From assembly GCA_900769285.1 (NCBI GenBank), contig CAAGGB010000279.1, forward strand, positions 1-45,163: a stretch of 45,163 bases of DNA, written 5' to 3'. The notes beneath the pieces are model-generated. The model made no database searches and had not been told where the DNA came from. It saw only the letters and a program-made list of their open reading frames with translations. The stretch is from Victivallales bacterium (GTDB lineage: Bacteria > Verrucomicrobiota > Lentisphaeria > Oligosphaerales > Oligosphaeraceae). Positions 28,262 through 36,685 of the stretch are shown one piece after another. The position numbers and the translations under genes were made by a program. The first letter of the stretch is position 1; the number at the start of each line of letters is the position of its first letter.

Positions 28262-30298
28262 ATGTCAGTACACAAGATAGACAAAGAACTTGACGAATTC
28301 AGAAAAATCATGGAAGTCCCCTCCACCTTCGAGGAGGGCTTCAACTGGACCGCGCTCTTCGGAGCCATCTTCGTCGCCCTCCTCATGGTCCCAGGCGCCA
28401 TCTACATGGGCCTGCTCGCCGGACAGGGCATCGGCGACGCCGCACAGTGGGTCACCGTCATCCTCTTCATCGAGGTCGCCAAACGCGCCCACCGATACCT
28501 CAACAAGTCCCAGATCTTCGTCCTCTTCTACATGGCCGGCGCACTCATGGGCGCCGCCACCACCGGAGGTCTTCTCTGGCAGCAGTTCTTCATCCAGTCC
28601 GACGCCGTCGCCGCCAACGGCATGACCACCCAGATCCCACGCTGGTACGCGCCATCCCTCGAGTCCACCTCCTACGTCAACAGAACCTTCTTCCACGTCG
28701 ACTGGCTCCCCGCCATCGTCCTCCTCGTCATCGGCTCCTTCATCGGACAGCTCTCACACCTCGTCCTCGGATACGGACTCTTCCGCGTCTGCTCCGACAT
28801 GGAGAAGCTCCCCTTCCCCATGGCCCCCGTCGGCGCACAGGGCATCATGGCCATGGCCGAGGACATCGAGGCCAAGAACAACAAGGACGCCGAAGGCTCC
28901 TGGCGCTGGAGAGTCTTCGCCATCGGCGGTGCGCTCGGACTCGCCTTCGGCCTCATCTACCTCTTCCTCCCCGTCATCTCCGGCGCACTCACCGGCACCG
29001 CCATCCAGATCTTCCCCATCCCATTCTCCGACTTCACCGACAAGACCGGACAGTTCCTCCCAGCCGTCGCCACCGGCATCAACTGGAGCTTCGGCAACCT
29101 CATCGCCGGCATGGTCATGCCCTACTGGGGCATGGTCGGCTCCTTCATCGGACTCATCGTCACCGTCGTCGCCAACCCCATCCTCTACAAGTACGGCATG
29201 CTCTCCAACTGGAAGACCGGCGACGACACCATCTGGACTCTCTTCAAAAACAACATCGACTTCTACTTCTCACTCCACATCGGCATCGCCCTCGCCATCG
29301 CCATCGCCGGCATCTTCCAGGTCGTCAAGAGCCTCCACGCCAGCAGAAAGGCCCGCAAGGACCCCAACACCCGCGTCGAACTCGGCTCCTGGAAGGACGT
29401 CCCGCAGGGACGCGGAGACTTCTCCGCCTGGTTCATCCTCCTCTGCTACTTCTTCGTCACCTGCTCCTACATCGGCATCTCCATCGGACTCCTCTGCTGG
29501 CATAACACCAGCAACGGCCTCCCCGCCTGGAACTCGCAGATCACCAGCGTCCTCATCGTCCTCCTCATCCTCGGCTTCGTCTACACACCCCTCATCAGCT
29601 ACGTCACCGCGCGACTCGAGGGCATGGTCGGACAGGTCGTCGAAGTCCCGATGATCCGCGAGGCCGCCCTCATCCTCTCCGGATACAAGGGCATCGCCAT
29701 CTGGTTCCTCCCCCTCCCCATCGCCAACTACGGCGCCTCCACCGTCTTCTACCGCCAGTGCGAACTCACCGGCACCAAGTTCACCTCCATCTGGAAGACC
29801 AAGATCATCCTCTATCCGCTCGTCCTCTTCGCCTCCATCTTCTTCATGAACTTCATCTGGGGACTCGACAAGATACCGTCCGTCGCCTACCCGTTCGCGC
29901 AGAAGATGTGGGAGCTCAACGCCGCCAACTCCTGCATCATGTTCACCGCCACCATGGGTGAGTACTCCATGTTCGAGCGCGCCTTCAACCCCATGATCAT
30001 CGGCGCCGGCACCTTCTTCGGACTCTTCCTCTTCACCACCATGAACATCCTCGGCGCACCCATCATGCTCACCTACGGCGTCGTCCGCGGACTCGGACAG
30101 AGCGCCCCACACACCATCCTCCCACAGTTCATCGGAGCCCTCATCGGACAGTTCTACTTCAAGAGAAAGCTCCAGCTCAAGTGGAGGCAGTACATCCCCG
30201 TCGTCGCCGCCGGCTTCTCCTGCGGCATGGGCCTCATCACCACCGTCGGCGTCGGCGTCACCTTCCTCTCCAAGGCCGTCATCAAGCTGCCGTTCTGA
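28262..30298 (+). CDS. Polytopic integral membrane protein (678 aa, 12 or more predicted TM), family unassigned; possibly OPT-like
   Basis: Continuous ORF with GAGGAA RBS 9 nt upstream. Translation is dominated by hydrophobic helices. No FtsX, ABC or MFS signature was recognised. Confidence 0.65.
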   Translation: MSVHKIDKELDEFRKIMEVPSTFEEGFNWTALFGAIFVALLMVPGAIYMGLLAGQGIGDAAQWVTVILFIEVAKRAHRYLNKSQIFVLFYMAGALMGAATTGGLLWQQFFIQSDAVAANGMTTQIPRWYAPSLESTSYVNRTFFHVDWLPAIVLLVIGSFIGQLSHLVLGYGLFRVCSDMEKLPFPMAPVGAQGIMAMAEDIEAKNNKDAEGSWRWRVFAIGGALGLAFGLIYLFLPVISGALTGTAIQIFPIPFSDFTDKTGQFLPAVATGINWSFGNLIAGMVMPYWGMVGSFIGLIVTVVANPILYKYGMLSNWKTGDDTIWTLFKNNIDFYFSLHIGIALAIAIAGIFQVVKSLHASRKARKDPNTRVELGSWKDVPQGRGDFSAWFILLCYFFVTCSYIGISIGLLCWHNTSNGLPAWNSQITSVLIVLLILGFVYTPLISYVTARLEGMVGQVVEVPMIREAALILSGYKGIAIWFLPLPIANYGASTVFYRQCELTGTKFTSIWKTKIILYPLVLFASIFFMNFIWGLDKIPSVAYPFAQKMWELNAANSCIMFTATMGEYSMFERAFNPMIIGAGTFFGLFLFTTMNILGAPIMLTYGVVRGLGQSAPHTILPQFIGALIGQFYFKRKLQLKWRQYIPVVAAGFSCGMGLITTVGVGVTFLSKAVIKLPF

Positions 30299-30431
30299 CG
30301 TCCCCTTCACCTCCACGCACCGGCACGGCCCCCCCACACACAGCCTTGCCGGGGCGCGGACATCACCCCAGGACAGCCCACGACTTCCCCCCTCCAATCC
30401 GTCCTCAACCTCCAGCGGGAGACTCCGACAT

Positions 30432-31163
30432 ATGGCTCAGCAGCAAGAAGTACTCATCAAAGTCGAACACGTCAACAAGACGTTCAACCTCGGCAAAGTC
30501 ATCGTCCATGCCCTCAAGGACATCAACCTTGAGATCTACCGCGGCGAATACCTCTCCATCATGGGCCCGTCAGGCTCCGGAAAGAGCACCATCTTCAACA
30601 TGATCGGCGCACTCGACAAGCCCTCCTCCGGCTTCGTCGAAGTCGCCGGCGTCAACCTCACTAAGCTCACCGCCCGACAGCTCGCCCATTTCCGCGGCAA
30701 CCACATCGGCTACGTCTTCCAGGCCTACAACCTCCTCCACGCCTACGACGCCATCACCAACGTCATGATGCCGCTCCTCTTCTCCGGAGTCGACCCCGAA
30801 AAGGCCCGCGAACGCGCCATCGAGGTCCTCAAGATGGTCGAGCTCGGACACCGGCTCACCCACAAGCCCGACGAGATGTCCGGCGGTCAGCAGCAGCGTG
30901 TCGCCATCGCCCGCGCCCTCGCCAACGAGCCCGCCATCATCCTTGCCGACGAGCCCACCGCCAACCTCGACCTCAACACCGGCGAGGAAATCATCCACCT
31001 ACTCTCCGACCTCTCACGCCGACTCGGCGTCACCGTCATCACCGCCACCCACGACCACAAGATGCTCGCCTCCTCCGACCGCATCCTCTGGATCAAGGAC
31101 GGACAGGTCGACAAGCTCGAACGCCGCGAAGACCTCAACATCAAGGTCGGCACCGTCAAATAA
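30432..31163 (+). CDS. ABC transporter ATP-binding protein (second MacB/LolD-type ATPase)
   Basis: Walker A GPSGSGKST, signature SGGQQQRVAIAR, Walker B ILADEPTANLD and H-loop ATHD. It is a paralog of the ATPase at 22074. Confidence 0.9.
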   Translation: MAQQQEVLIKVEHVNKTFNLGKVIVHALKDINLEIYRGEYLSIMGPSGSGKSTIFNMIGALDKPSSGFVEVAGVNLTKLTARQLAHFRGNHIGYVFQAYNLLHAYDAITNVMMPLLFSGVDPEKARERAIEVLKMVELGHRLTHKPDEMSGGQQQRVAIARALANEPAIILADEPTANLDLNTGEEIIHLLSDLSRRLGVTVITATHDHKMLASSDRILWIKDGQVDKLERREDLNIKVGTVK

Positions 31164-31233
31164 CCCCTCGCCTTCACACGCACAGCTCCCCCGCGGCCTC
31201 ACGACTAGCTTGTTTAGCCCAGCCGCTTTTTCA

Positions 31234-31272
31234 GGGGCGTCCATGCCATTCGCGCACGGACGCCCCTCTTCT
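31234..31272 (+). terminator. Hairpin terminator closing the plus-strand ABC operon
   Basis: Perfect 9-bp inverted repeat GGGGCGTCC / GGACGCCCC with a 15-nt loop, followed by TCTTCTGCTG, 70 nt after the stop at 31163. Confidence 0.5.
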
Positions 31273-31333
31273 GCTGGCAGCGAAAGCAGCGCGAGCAACG
31301 GGAGCAACGCGAGCGGGAGAGAGGGAGCAACGC

Positions 31334-31387
31334 GAGAGACGAGAGAGACGAGAGAGACGAGAGAGACGAGAGAGACGAGAGAGACGA
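31334..31387. repeat. Intergenic minisatellite, 9-bp unit GAGAGACGA x6 perfect copies, flanked by degenerate copies (31280-31400)
   Basis: Direct reading of gagagacga gagagacga gagagacga gagagacga gagagacga gagagacga. It lies between the operon terminator and the glycan island, and is non-coding. Confidence 0.9.
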
Positions 31388-31680
31388 GAGCAGCGAGAGA
31401 AAAAGAACGCCACGACAGCGGCGCCTGTCCCCTCGGTCACCTCGCCATTCCTTCCTCATGACCCAAAATTGTCTTGCCCCGTAGTTGCAAAAAGAACAAA
31501 GAACACTATACTTTGCTCATGTGTACTCAACAGGGTATCCGTCACCTTGAGAAAATGACTTTTTTCTCCCGATGCCAAGCGTCCCTTCGCTTCGTTGCTG
31601 GACGCAAAAGCTTTTCTAACGTCATCTCGCCACCCCGTAGCCTCCACACGAATTTTCCATACGTCGTCATCACCACCGCC

Positions 31681-32661
31681 ATGCCCGACCAGCCACCGCC
31701 GACCATTAGCCTGATCATTCCCTGCTTCAACTGCGGCTCCTTGCTCCGACAGACACTGGAATCCGCAGCCGCACAAAAAATGGGGGGGGGTAAACGCCTA
31801 GAGACACTCATCGTGGACGACGGCTCAACCGACGATTCAGTCGCCGTCATCTCACAGTTTCTCGACTACCATCCCGACTTCTGCGGCACGCTGCTCCGCC
31901 ACCCAACCAACGCTGGCGTGGCGGTCGCCCGAAATACCGGCATCCAGGCCGCCTCCGGCGAATTCCTCATGTTCCTGGACGCCGACGACGCCCTTGCCCC
32001 CGACTGTTGCCAGCGCCTGCTCGAACTTCAGAGCCAGACCCACGCCGACATCGCCGCCTGTAATGCCCTCCACCTGAAGCAAGACCACAGACCGTCCATC
32101 GTCTATCCCCAGGCACATGGACGACATGTCTTCCCCGGCTCGACCCTCCCTGAGCAATCTGACTGCCACGCGCTCTGCGAGACCTGCTGGGCCAAACTCT
32201 ATCGCCGCGAACTCATCGTCAGCCAGCATCTGCTCTTCCGTCCAGGACTTGGCTTCGGCGAAGACACGCTATTTGCCCACATCGCAGTTCTGGCTGCGTC
32301 ACGAGTAGCCATCGATTTCGACTACTGCGGGTACCTCTATCGGGACAATCAGACTTCCTGCATCAACACCTCCAACCTACAGAAGCGTCTGGTCTCCCTG
32401 GAGCAGGTGCTGTTGGGCTTGAGTGAGACTCTCGGTTCCGGCAACAGCCCCCTCCTCCTGCGCAAGTCATGCGAATTCCTCTGGACGTTACGCAAATTCG
32501 GCCGAGGACAGGAGCGTCTTCAACAACTGAAGCTGCTATTAGCCACCCCGCTCTGGCACGACATCATCCTCCCTACTATCACGGCTCACGGCAAGCCCAA
32601 ACACCGGCTGTGTGCCTGGCTACTCCGTCACCATTGCCTCCCAGCCATTTATGCCTGGTAA
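31681..32661 (+). CDS. Glycosyltransferase family 2
   Basis: ISLIIPCFNCGSLLRQTLESAAAQ ... ETLIVDDGSTDDS ... FLDADD (DxD). The start was taken at the Met immediately before the GT-A fold. A longer 5' extension (31474) was rejected. Confidence 0.85.
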   Translation: MPDQPPPTISLIIPCFNCGSLLRQTLESAAAQKMGGGKRLETLIVDDGSTDDSVAVISQFLDYHPDFCGTLLRHPTNAGVAVARNTGIQAASGEFLMFLDADDALAPDCCQRLLELQSQTHADIAACNALHLKQDHRPSIVYPQAHGRHVFPGSTLPEQSDCHALCETCWAKLYRRELIVSQHLLFRPGLGFGEDTLFAHIAVLAASRVAIDFDYCGYLYRDNQTSCINTSNLQKRLVSLEQVLLGLSETLGSGNSPLLLRKSCEFLWTLRKFGRGQERLQQLKLLLATPLWHDIILPTITAHGKPKHRLCAWLLRHHCLPAIYAW

Positions 32662-32676
32662 GCGGGAGGCTTAAGC

Positions 32677-34614
32677 ATGAACCTGCTGTTGGCACTGTTC
32701 AGGTACTTCCCCGGAGGCGGCCTCCAGAACGACACGCTACGCTTTGCCGAGGAGGCGGCGCGGCGTGGACATCACGTCACCATCCTCTGCACCGCCTGGG
32801 AAGGCGAACGGCCCAAGAAAATCGAGGTCGTCATGCGCCCCATCCGCGCCTGGACCAACCATGGTGCCATGGAGCGTTTCGCACGACTCGTCACCGACTA
32901 CCGGCTGACCCATACCGTCGATGTCTCCCTCGCCATGAACCGTATCCCCGGCTGCGACGCCTACTTCGTGGCCGACTCATGCATGGCAGCTTATCTGCCC
33001 TGCAGCCACTCCCGTGCCGTTCTTGCTTGTCTGCCCCGTTACCATGCCATCCTGCATCAAGAAGCACTTGTCTGCTCTCCCCACGCCCATACCCAACTCC
33101 TCTATATAGCTCAACAGCAGCTTCACGACTACAGCCGTGTCTACCATCTGCCTTCAGCCCGCCTAGCCTACTTGCCTCCAGGCATGGATGAACGCTGCCA
33201 ACTCCTGACGGACACCTCCATCCGCCAGGATATTCGTGCTAAATTGAGCTTGAATAAGGAAACCTGCGCCGTGATTCTGATCGGAACAAACCTACACCGA
33301 AAGGGCGTGGATCGGGCACTTCGCGCTCTGGCCAGTCTGCCCGATGACACCCCCGCACACTTTTTTCTGGTCGGTATGGACAAGCCAGCCAACGTCGCCA
33401 AACTCGCCACCATGACGGGTGTTGATCGCGCACACTTCACCTTTCTGGGAGCGCGCCGAGATGTCCCCGACCTGCTCCATGCCATGGACCTGATGCTTCA
33501 CCCAGCCCGAGAGGAGGGCACCGGCACCGTCCTGGTCGAGGCCATCGCCTCCGGACTGCCCGTCATCTGCAGTGAGGTGTGTGGCTTCGCCAGCTTTGTC
33601 CGCGAGGCCACCGACACGGTCATCCCGGCCCCCTTCCACCAACAGGAGCTCAATAGCCTGCTCGCCCAGTCCATCCGACGTCTCGCCGAACTGAAGCGCC
33701 AGACCAGACAGTATGCCGCCACGCAGGACTTCACAGCACGCTCCCGAGTCGCTATCGATAGACTGGAGACACTCGCCCAAGCCCGCCAACAGCTTAATCT
33801 GGCTGTGCTCTGTCCTGCCCCCGCCACGCCCCCCTTCAGTTCGCTGCCACCTGAACTGACCGATGTCTGCCAGACGGACAATACCATCTGGACAACCCTC
33901 CACGGCCTTCCCATCGACCTCCTCAATCGTCTGCCCGACCTCCACGACCAATGCGCCACAGAAAGGCGTCTGCTCCTGGATACGCCTACGCTTCGTGTCA
34001 GCAGAGTGACGCTGGAGGGTATGTCGCTCCTGGTCAGGGAGTATCACGGCGATCGGCGACCTGCCTGGCTCAGCCCTGCCTGGCGCACGTGGAAAACCCT
34101 TCAGTCCATCCGGGGACTTGCCGTGCCCTGCCTAGCCCTCGCCGAACAGCGACACCGACGTCTCCTCGTCCTCGCCGACCCAGGCGTCGACAGCCTGGCT
34201 GATGCGACCACTCACCCAAATCTCCCCGACCTCCTCCTCGCCGCTGGCTCCCTGCTCGCCACCCTCCATGAACGTGGCGTCTTCCTGCGTCACGCTGCTG
34301 CCGACCACTTTGTCCTCAACGAGCTTTGCCCTTGGATGCCCTCGCCCCTCCTTCTCGCCGACGGCGGTAACCTCCGGAAGAGCCGCTGGCTGTCCCGCCG
34401 ACACCGCGTCCGAAACCTCGCCCAACTGCTCGCCTCCCTGAAAAGACTTCCAGACGATGCCTCACACCAAGTGGCAAAAGGCTACCAGCTCGCCGCCAAC
34501 CTCGATGACCAGCAGATGCAGGCACTTCTGGAAGAGGTCGCAGCATCTACGGAAAAGCACTTCCAAGATTGCCTCAGTACGTTTTCGCAGATGACACAGG
34601 AAGACCATGAATAA
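32677..34614 (+). CDS. WaaG(RfaG)-like GT4 glycosyltransferase fused to a C-terminal lipopolysaccharide-kinase (Kdo/WaaP/InaA)-like domain
   Basis: The N-terminus MNLLLALFRYFPGGGLQNDTLRFAEEAARRGHHVTI matches the WaaG start (..YKYFPFGGLQRDF..). The GT-B E-x7-E motif EEGTGTVLVEAIASGLPVICS is present. The C-terminal ~270 aa contains LHERGVFLRHAAADHFVLNE, resembling the LPS-kinase catalytic loop but with substitutions. Confidence 0.75.
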   Translation: MNLLLALFRYFPGGGLQNDTLRFAEEAARRGHHVTILCTAWEGERPKKIEVVMRPIRAWTNHGAMERFARLVTDYRLTHTVDVSLAMNRIPGCDAYFVADSCMAAYLPCSHSRAVLACLPRYHAILHQEALVCSPHAHTQLLYIAQQQLHDYSRVYHLPSARLAYLPPGMDERCQLLTDTSIRQDIRAKLSLNKETCAVILIGTNLHRKGVDRALRALASLPDDTPAHFFLVGMDKPANVAKLATMTGVDRAHFTFLGARRDVPDLLHAMDLMLHPAREEGTGTVLVEAIASGLPVICSEVCGFASFVREATDTVIPAPFHQQELNSLLAQSIRRLAELKRQTRQYAATQDFTARSRVAIDRLETLAQARQQLNLAVLCPAPATPPFSSLPPELTDVCQTDNTIWTTLHGLPIDLLNRLPDLHDQCATERRLLLDTPTLRVSRVTLEGMSLLVREYHGDRRPAWLSPAWRTWKTLQSIRGLAVPCLALAEQRHRRLLVLADPGVDSLADATTHPNLPDLLLAAGSLLATLHERGVFLRHAAADHFVLNELCPWMPSPLLLADGGNLRKSRWLSRRHRVRNLAQLLASLKRLPDDASHQVAKGYQLAANLDDQQMQALLEEVAASTEKHFQDCLSTFSQMTQEDHE

Positions 34615-35563
34615 CCACATTGATATGGTGTACCTTTGGGTAGATGGCTCTGACCCAGTATGGCTGGCCAAGAAGGAGCAATATCTCCACCAGGCAGACC
34701 GCCAGGAACACCAGTTGGCGGTTCCTGAACGCTGGCAGGACAACGATGAGCTGCGCTTCTCCCTGCGCAGTGTAGAGCAGTTTGCCCCCTGGATACATCA
34801 TATCTTCCTGGTAACGGACGGCCAATGTCCGTCCTGGCTACGACGTGACCATCCAAAACTGACACTGATAGACCATCGCGAGTTTATTCCCAAGGACTAC
34901 CTGCCTGTGTTTTGTGCGGATGCCATAGAATCCTTTCTTCCTCTGATACCTAACCTCTCTGAGCGTTTTTTATTTGCCAATGACGATATGTTCTTTGGAC
35001 GAGAAATCTCCCCCAACCGGTTCTTCGATTCCAAAGGTGATCCACTGGTGCAGGTCAAGCACCTTTATGACCATGATTTCTGCCAAGATTCAGAACTGAC
35101 GACACGCCTGCTGCAGGATTGCCACTACGCTTCGCGCGCACGGGCTAATGTCATGGTCTCCAAACTGTTTGGCCATCCCATGAACTGGGAAGGCGGACAT
35201 GTCATAGACCCCTGTCGCAAATCTTATATGCAGGAAGCCTTGGCAGAGCCCGCGTTCGCGGAGGCATGGGAAACCACCCGAAGGCACCGGTTCCGCTCCC
35301 CTGAAGCAGTCCAGCGAATTCTCTTCCCCCTCTATGACGCCTGCAAAGGACGCACCAGACTGCTGAGCGTGCATCGCTTCAAGGAGTGGAAAAGGCTTTT
35401 CTGTCCCTGGAGAATTCCCTACTACCTGTGTAGCGTGAAGGATCTGCAAAAAGTCATGAGCATTCGGCCAGAAATGTTCTGCTACTATGTTGGCGACTAC
35501 TATGCTGAACTGCGCCAGTTCTTCCATGCGTATTTTCCTAAGAAATCTAGTTTTGAAAAATAA
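34607..35563 (+). CDS. Stealth-family hexose-1-phosphoryltransferase (capsule/glycan phosphotransferase)
   Basis: Stealth CR1 DMVYLWVDGSDPVW and CR2 DELRFSLRSVEQFAPWIHHIFLVTDGQCPSWL. The start overlaps the upstream stop by 8 nt. Confidence 0.85.
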   Translation: MNNHIDMVYLWVDGSDPVWLAKKEQYLHQADRQEHQLAVPERWQDNDELRFSLRSVEQFAPWIHHIFLVTDGQCPSWLRRDHPKLTLIDHREFIPKDYLPVFCADAIESFLPLIPNLSERFLFANDDMFFGREISPNRFFDSKGDPLVQVKHLYDHDFCQDSELTTRLLQDCHYASRARANVMVSKLFGHPMNWEGGHVIDPCRKSYMQEALAEPAFAEAWETTRRHRFRSPEAVQRILFPLYDACKGRTRLLSVHRFKEWKRLFCPWRIPYYLCSVKDLQKVMSIRPEMFCYYVGDYYAELRQFFHAYFPKKSSFEK

Positions 35564-35575
35564 TTGGAGAAGACT

Positions 35576-36505
35576 ATGTCCATCAACATCGCTGTATCCT
35601 CAGACAGGACGTTCATCACGTGCACATGCGTCACGATTGCCTCCATTCTTCATTATCATCCCCATGACATCCATTTTTTTCTGCTGCACGAACATCTCAC
35701 GGCAACAGACTGGCGCCCCATGGAACAGACTATCTCAAGGATGGGACGAAATTGTACCTTCACCCCCGTATCCGTTGGGGAAAACAATTGGGAAGGCTTT
35801 CCAACAGGTAGAAATCTTCCTTTGGCGACATATTATAGACTAAACTTACCTGCATTATTACCTCAAATAGAAAAGATTATTTATTTAGATGGCGATATTG
35901 TGATGGCTGATGATATCCAAGAAGTTTGGGAAATGAATATAAATAGCTATTCACTTGCTGCCATTTCAATACAAAGCGTAAGTAGCATATATCCTGAATT
36001 GATAGGTAAAAATACATTTAATGCAGGTTTTTTAGTAATGAATATGAAACGAATAAGAGAAACTGGAGCACTGGAAAGAATCCATGAAATAGCAACCAAT
36101 TTCAAGGATAAGCTTAATCTTTTTGATCAAGACATTCTGAATTTAGTATTTTGTGATGAAACCTTACGACTTCCAGTGCGATGGAACCTGACGACAGGTG
36201 CCCTGCTGCGCTCGGATGCGAACTACAGCACGATTCCCGAGGAGGAACTGTGCGAAGCCATTCGGCATCCTGCGGTCATTCATTTTACCACCTCTGCGAA
36301 ACCATGGAAGCTAAAAGCAAAAATCAGGCATCCCTTCTCATCGCTCTATACGTTCTTCGCCAAGCTGGCGCAGACACCTTGGAGTTTCCGCCTAGTGCTC
36401 TTTCTGAAATTTACCTTGAAGCTGAATCGACGCTTCCGCTATAGCCCCTGGATACTGGAGCATCTTGACGAAATTCAGCAGACCATCAAGCGCCTTACCC
36501 GATAA
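35576..36505 (+). CDS. Glycosyltransferase family 8 (LPS alpha-1,3-galactosyl/glucosyltransferase-like, WaaJ/WaaI type)
   Basis: NIAVSSDRTFI, YYRLNLPALLPQIEKIIYLDGDIVMADD (DxD), NAGFLVMNMKRIRE and FDQDILNLVF. GGAG RBS is 6 nt upstream of the ATG at 35576. Confidence 0.85.
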   Translation: MSINIAVSSDRTFITCTCVTIASILHYHPHDIHFFLLHEHLTATDWRPMEQTISRMGRNCTFTPVSVGENNWEGFPTGRNLPLATYYRLNLPALLPQIEKIIYLDGDIVMADDIQEVWEMNINSYSLAAISIQSVSSIYPELIGKNTFNAGFLVMNMKRIRETGALERIHEIATNFKDKLNLFDQDILNLVFCDETLRLPVRWNLTTGALLRSDANYSTIPEEELCEAIRHPAVIHFTTSAKPWKLKAKIRHPFSSLYTFFAKLAQTPWSFRLVLFLKFTLKLNRRFRYSPWILEHLDEIQQTIKRLTR

Positions 36506-36685
36506 TGAGAGTAGGAGAGCATTCATGCTCCCCGATTCAGATAATAAATGCGCAGGTGCGTCTGTCCCGCCAGATTCTTATCGTCGAATGAACAAGCGCA
36601 TATAACGACCTGAAGCACCTCAACAGCCACCATCAAGACCTTTGAATATGCACTGTTTTCCCCACCACAGACCAAGCCTCCTATC

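Noticed and set aside
30898-31461. ORF translating the minisatellite as RETRETRET...
   Set aside because: It overlaps the end of the ATPase gene in another frame and runs through the terminator hairpin. The repeat is better explained as a non-coding tandem repeat.
31500-31540. Bacteroidetes-type TAnnTTTG -7 promoter motif near ctatactttg
   Set aside because: The exact TAnnTTTG spacing is not satisfied on inspection. The organism's promoter type is unknown.
31474-31680. Longer start for the GT2 gene (MPRSCKKNKEHY...)
   Set aside because: The AT-rich 5' extension has atypical codon usage and precedes the Met that sits directly before the conserved GT-A fold. It is more likely promoter/leader sequence.
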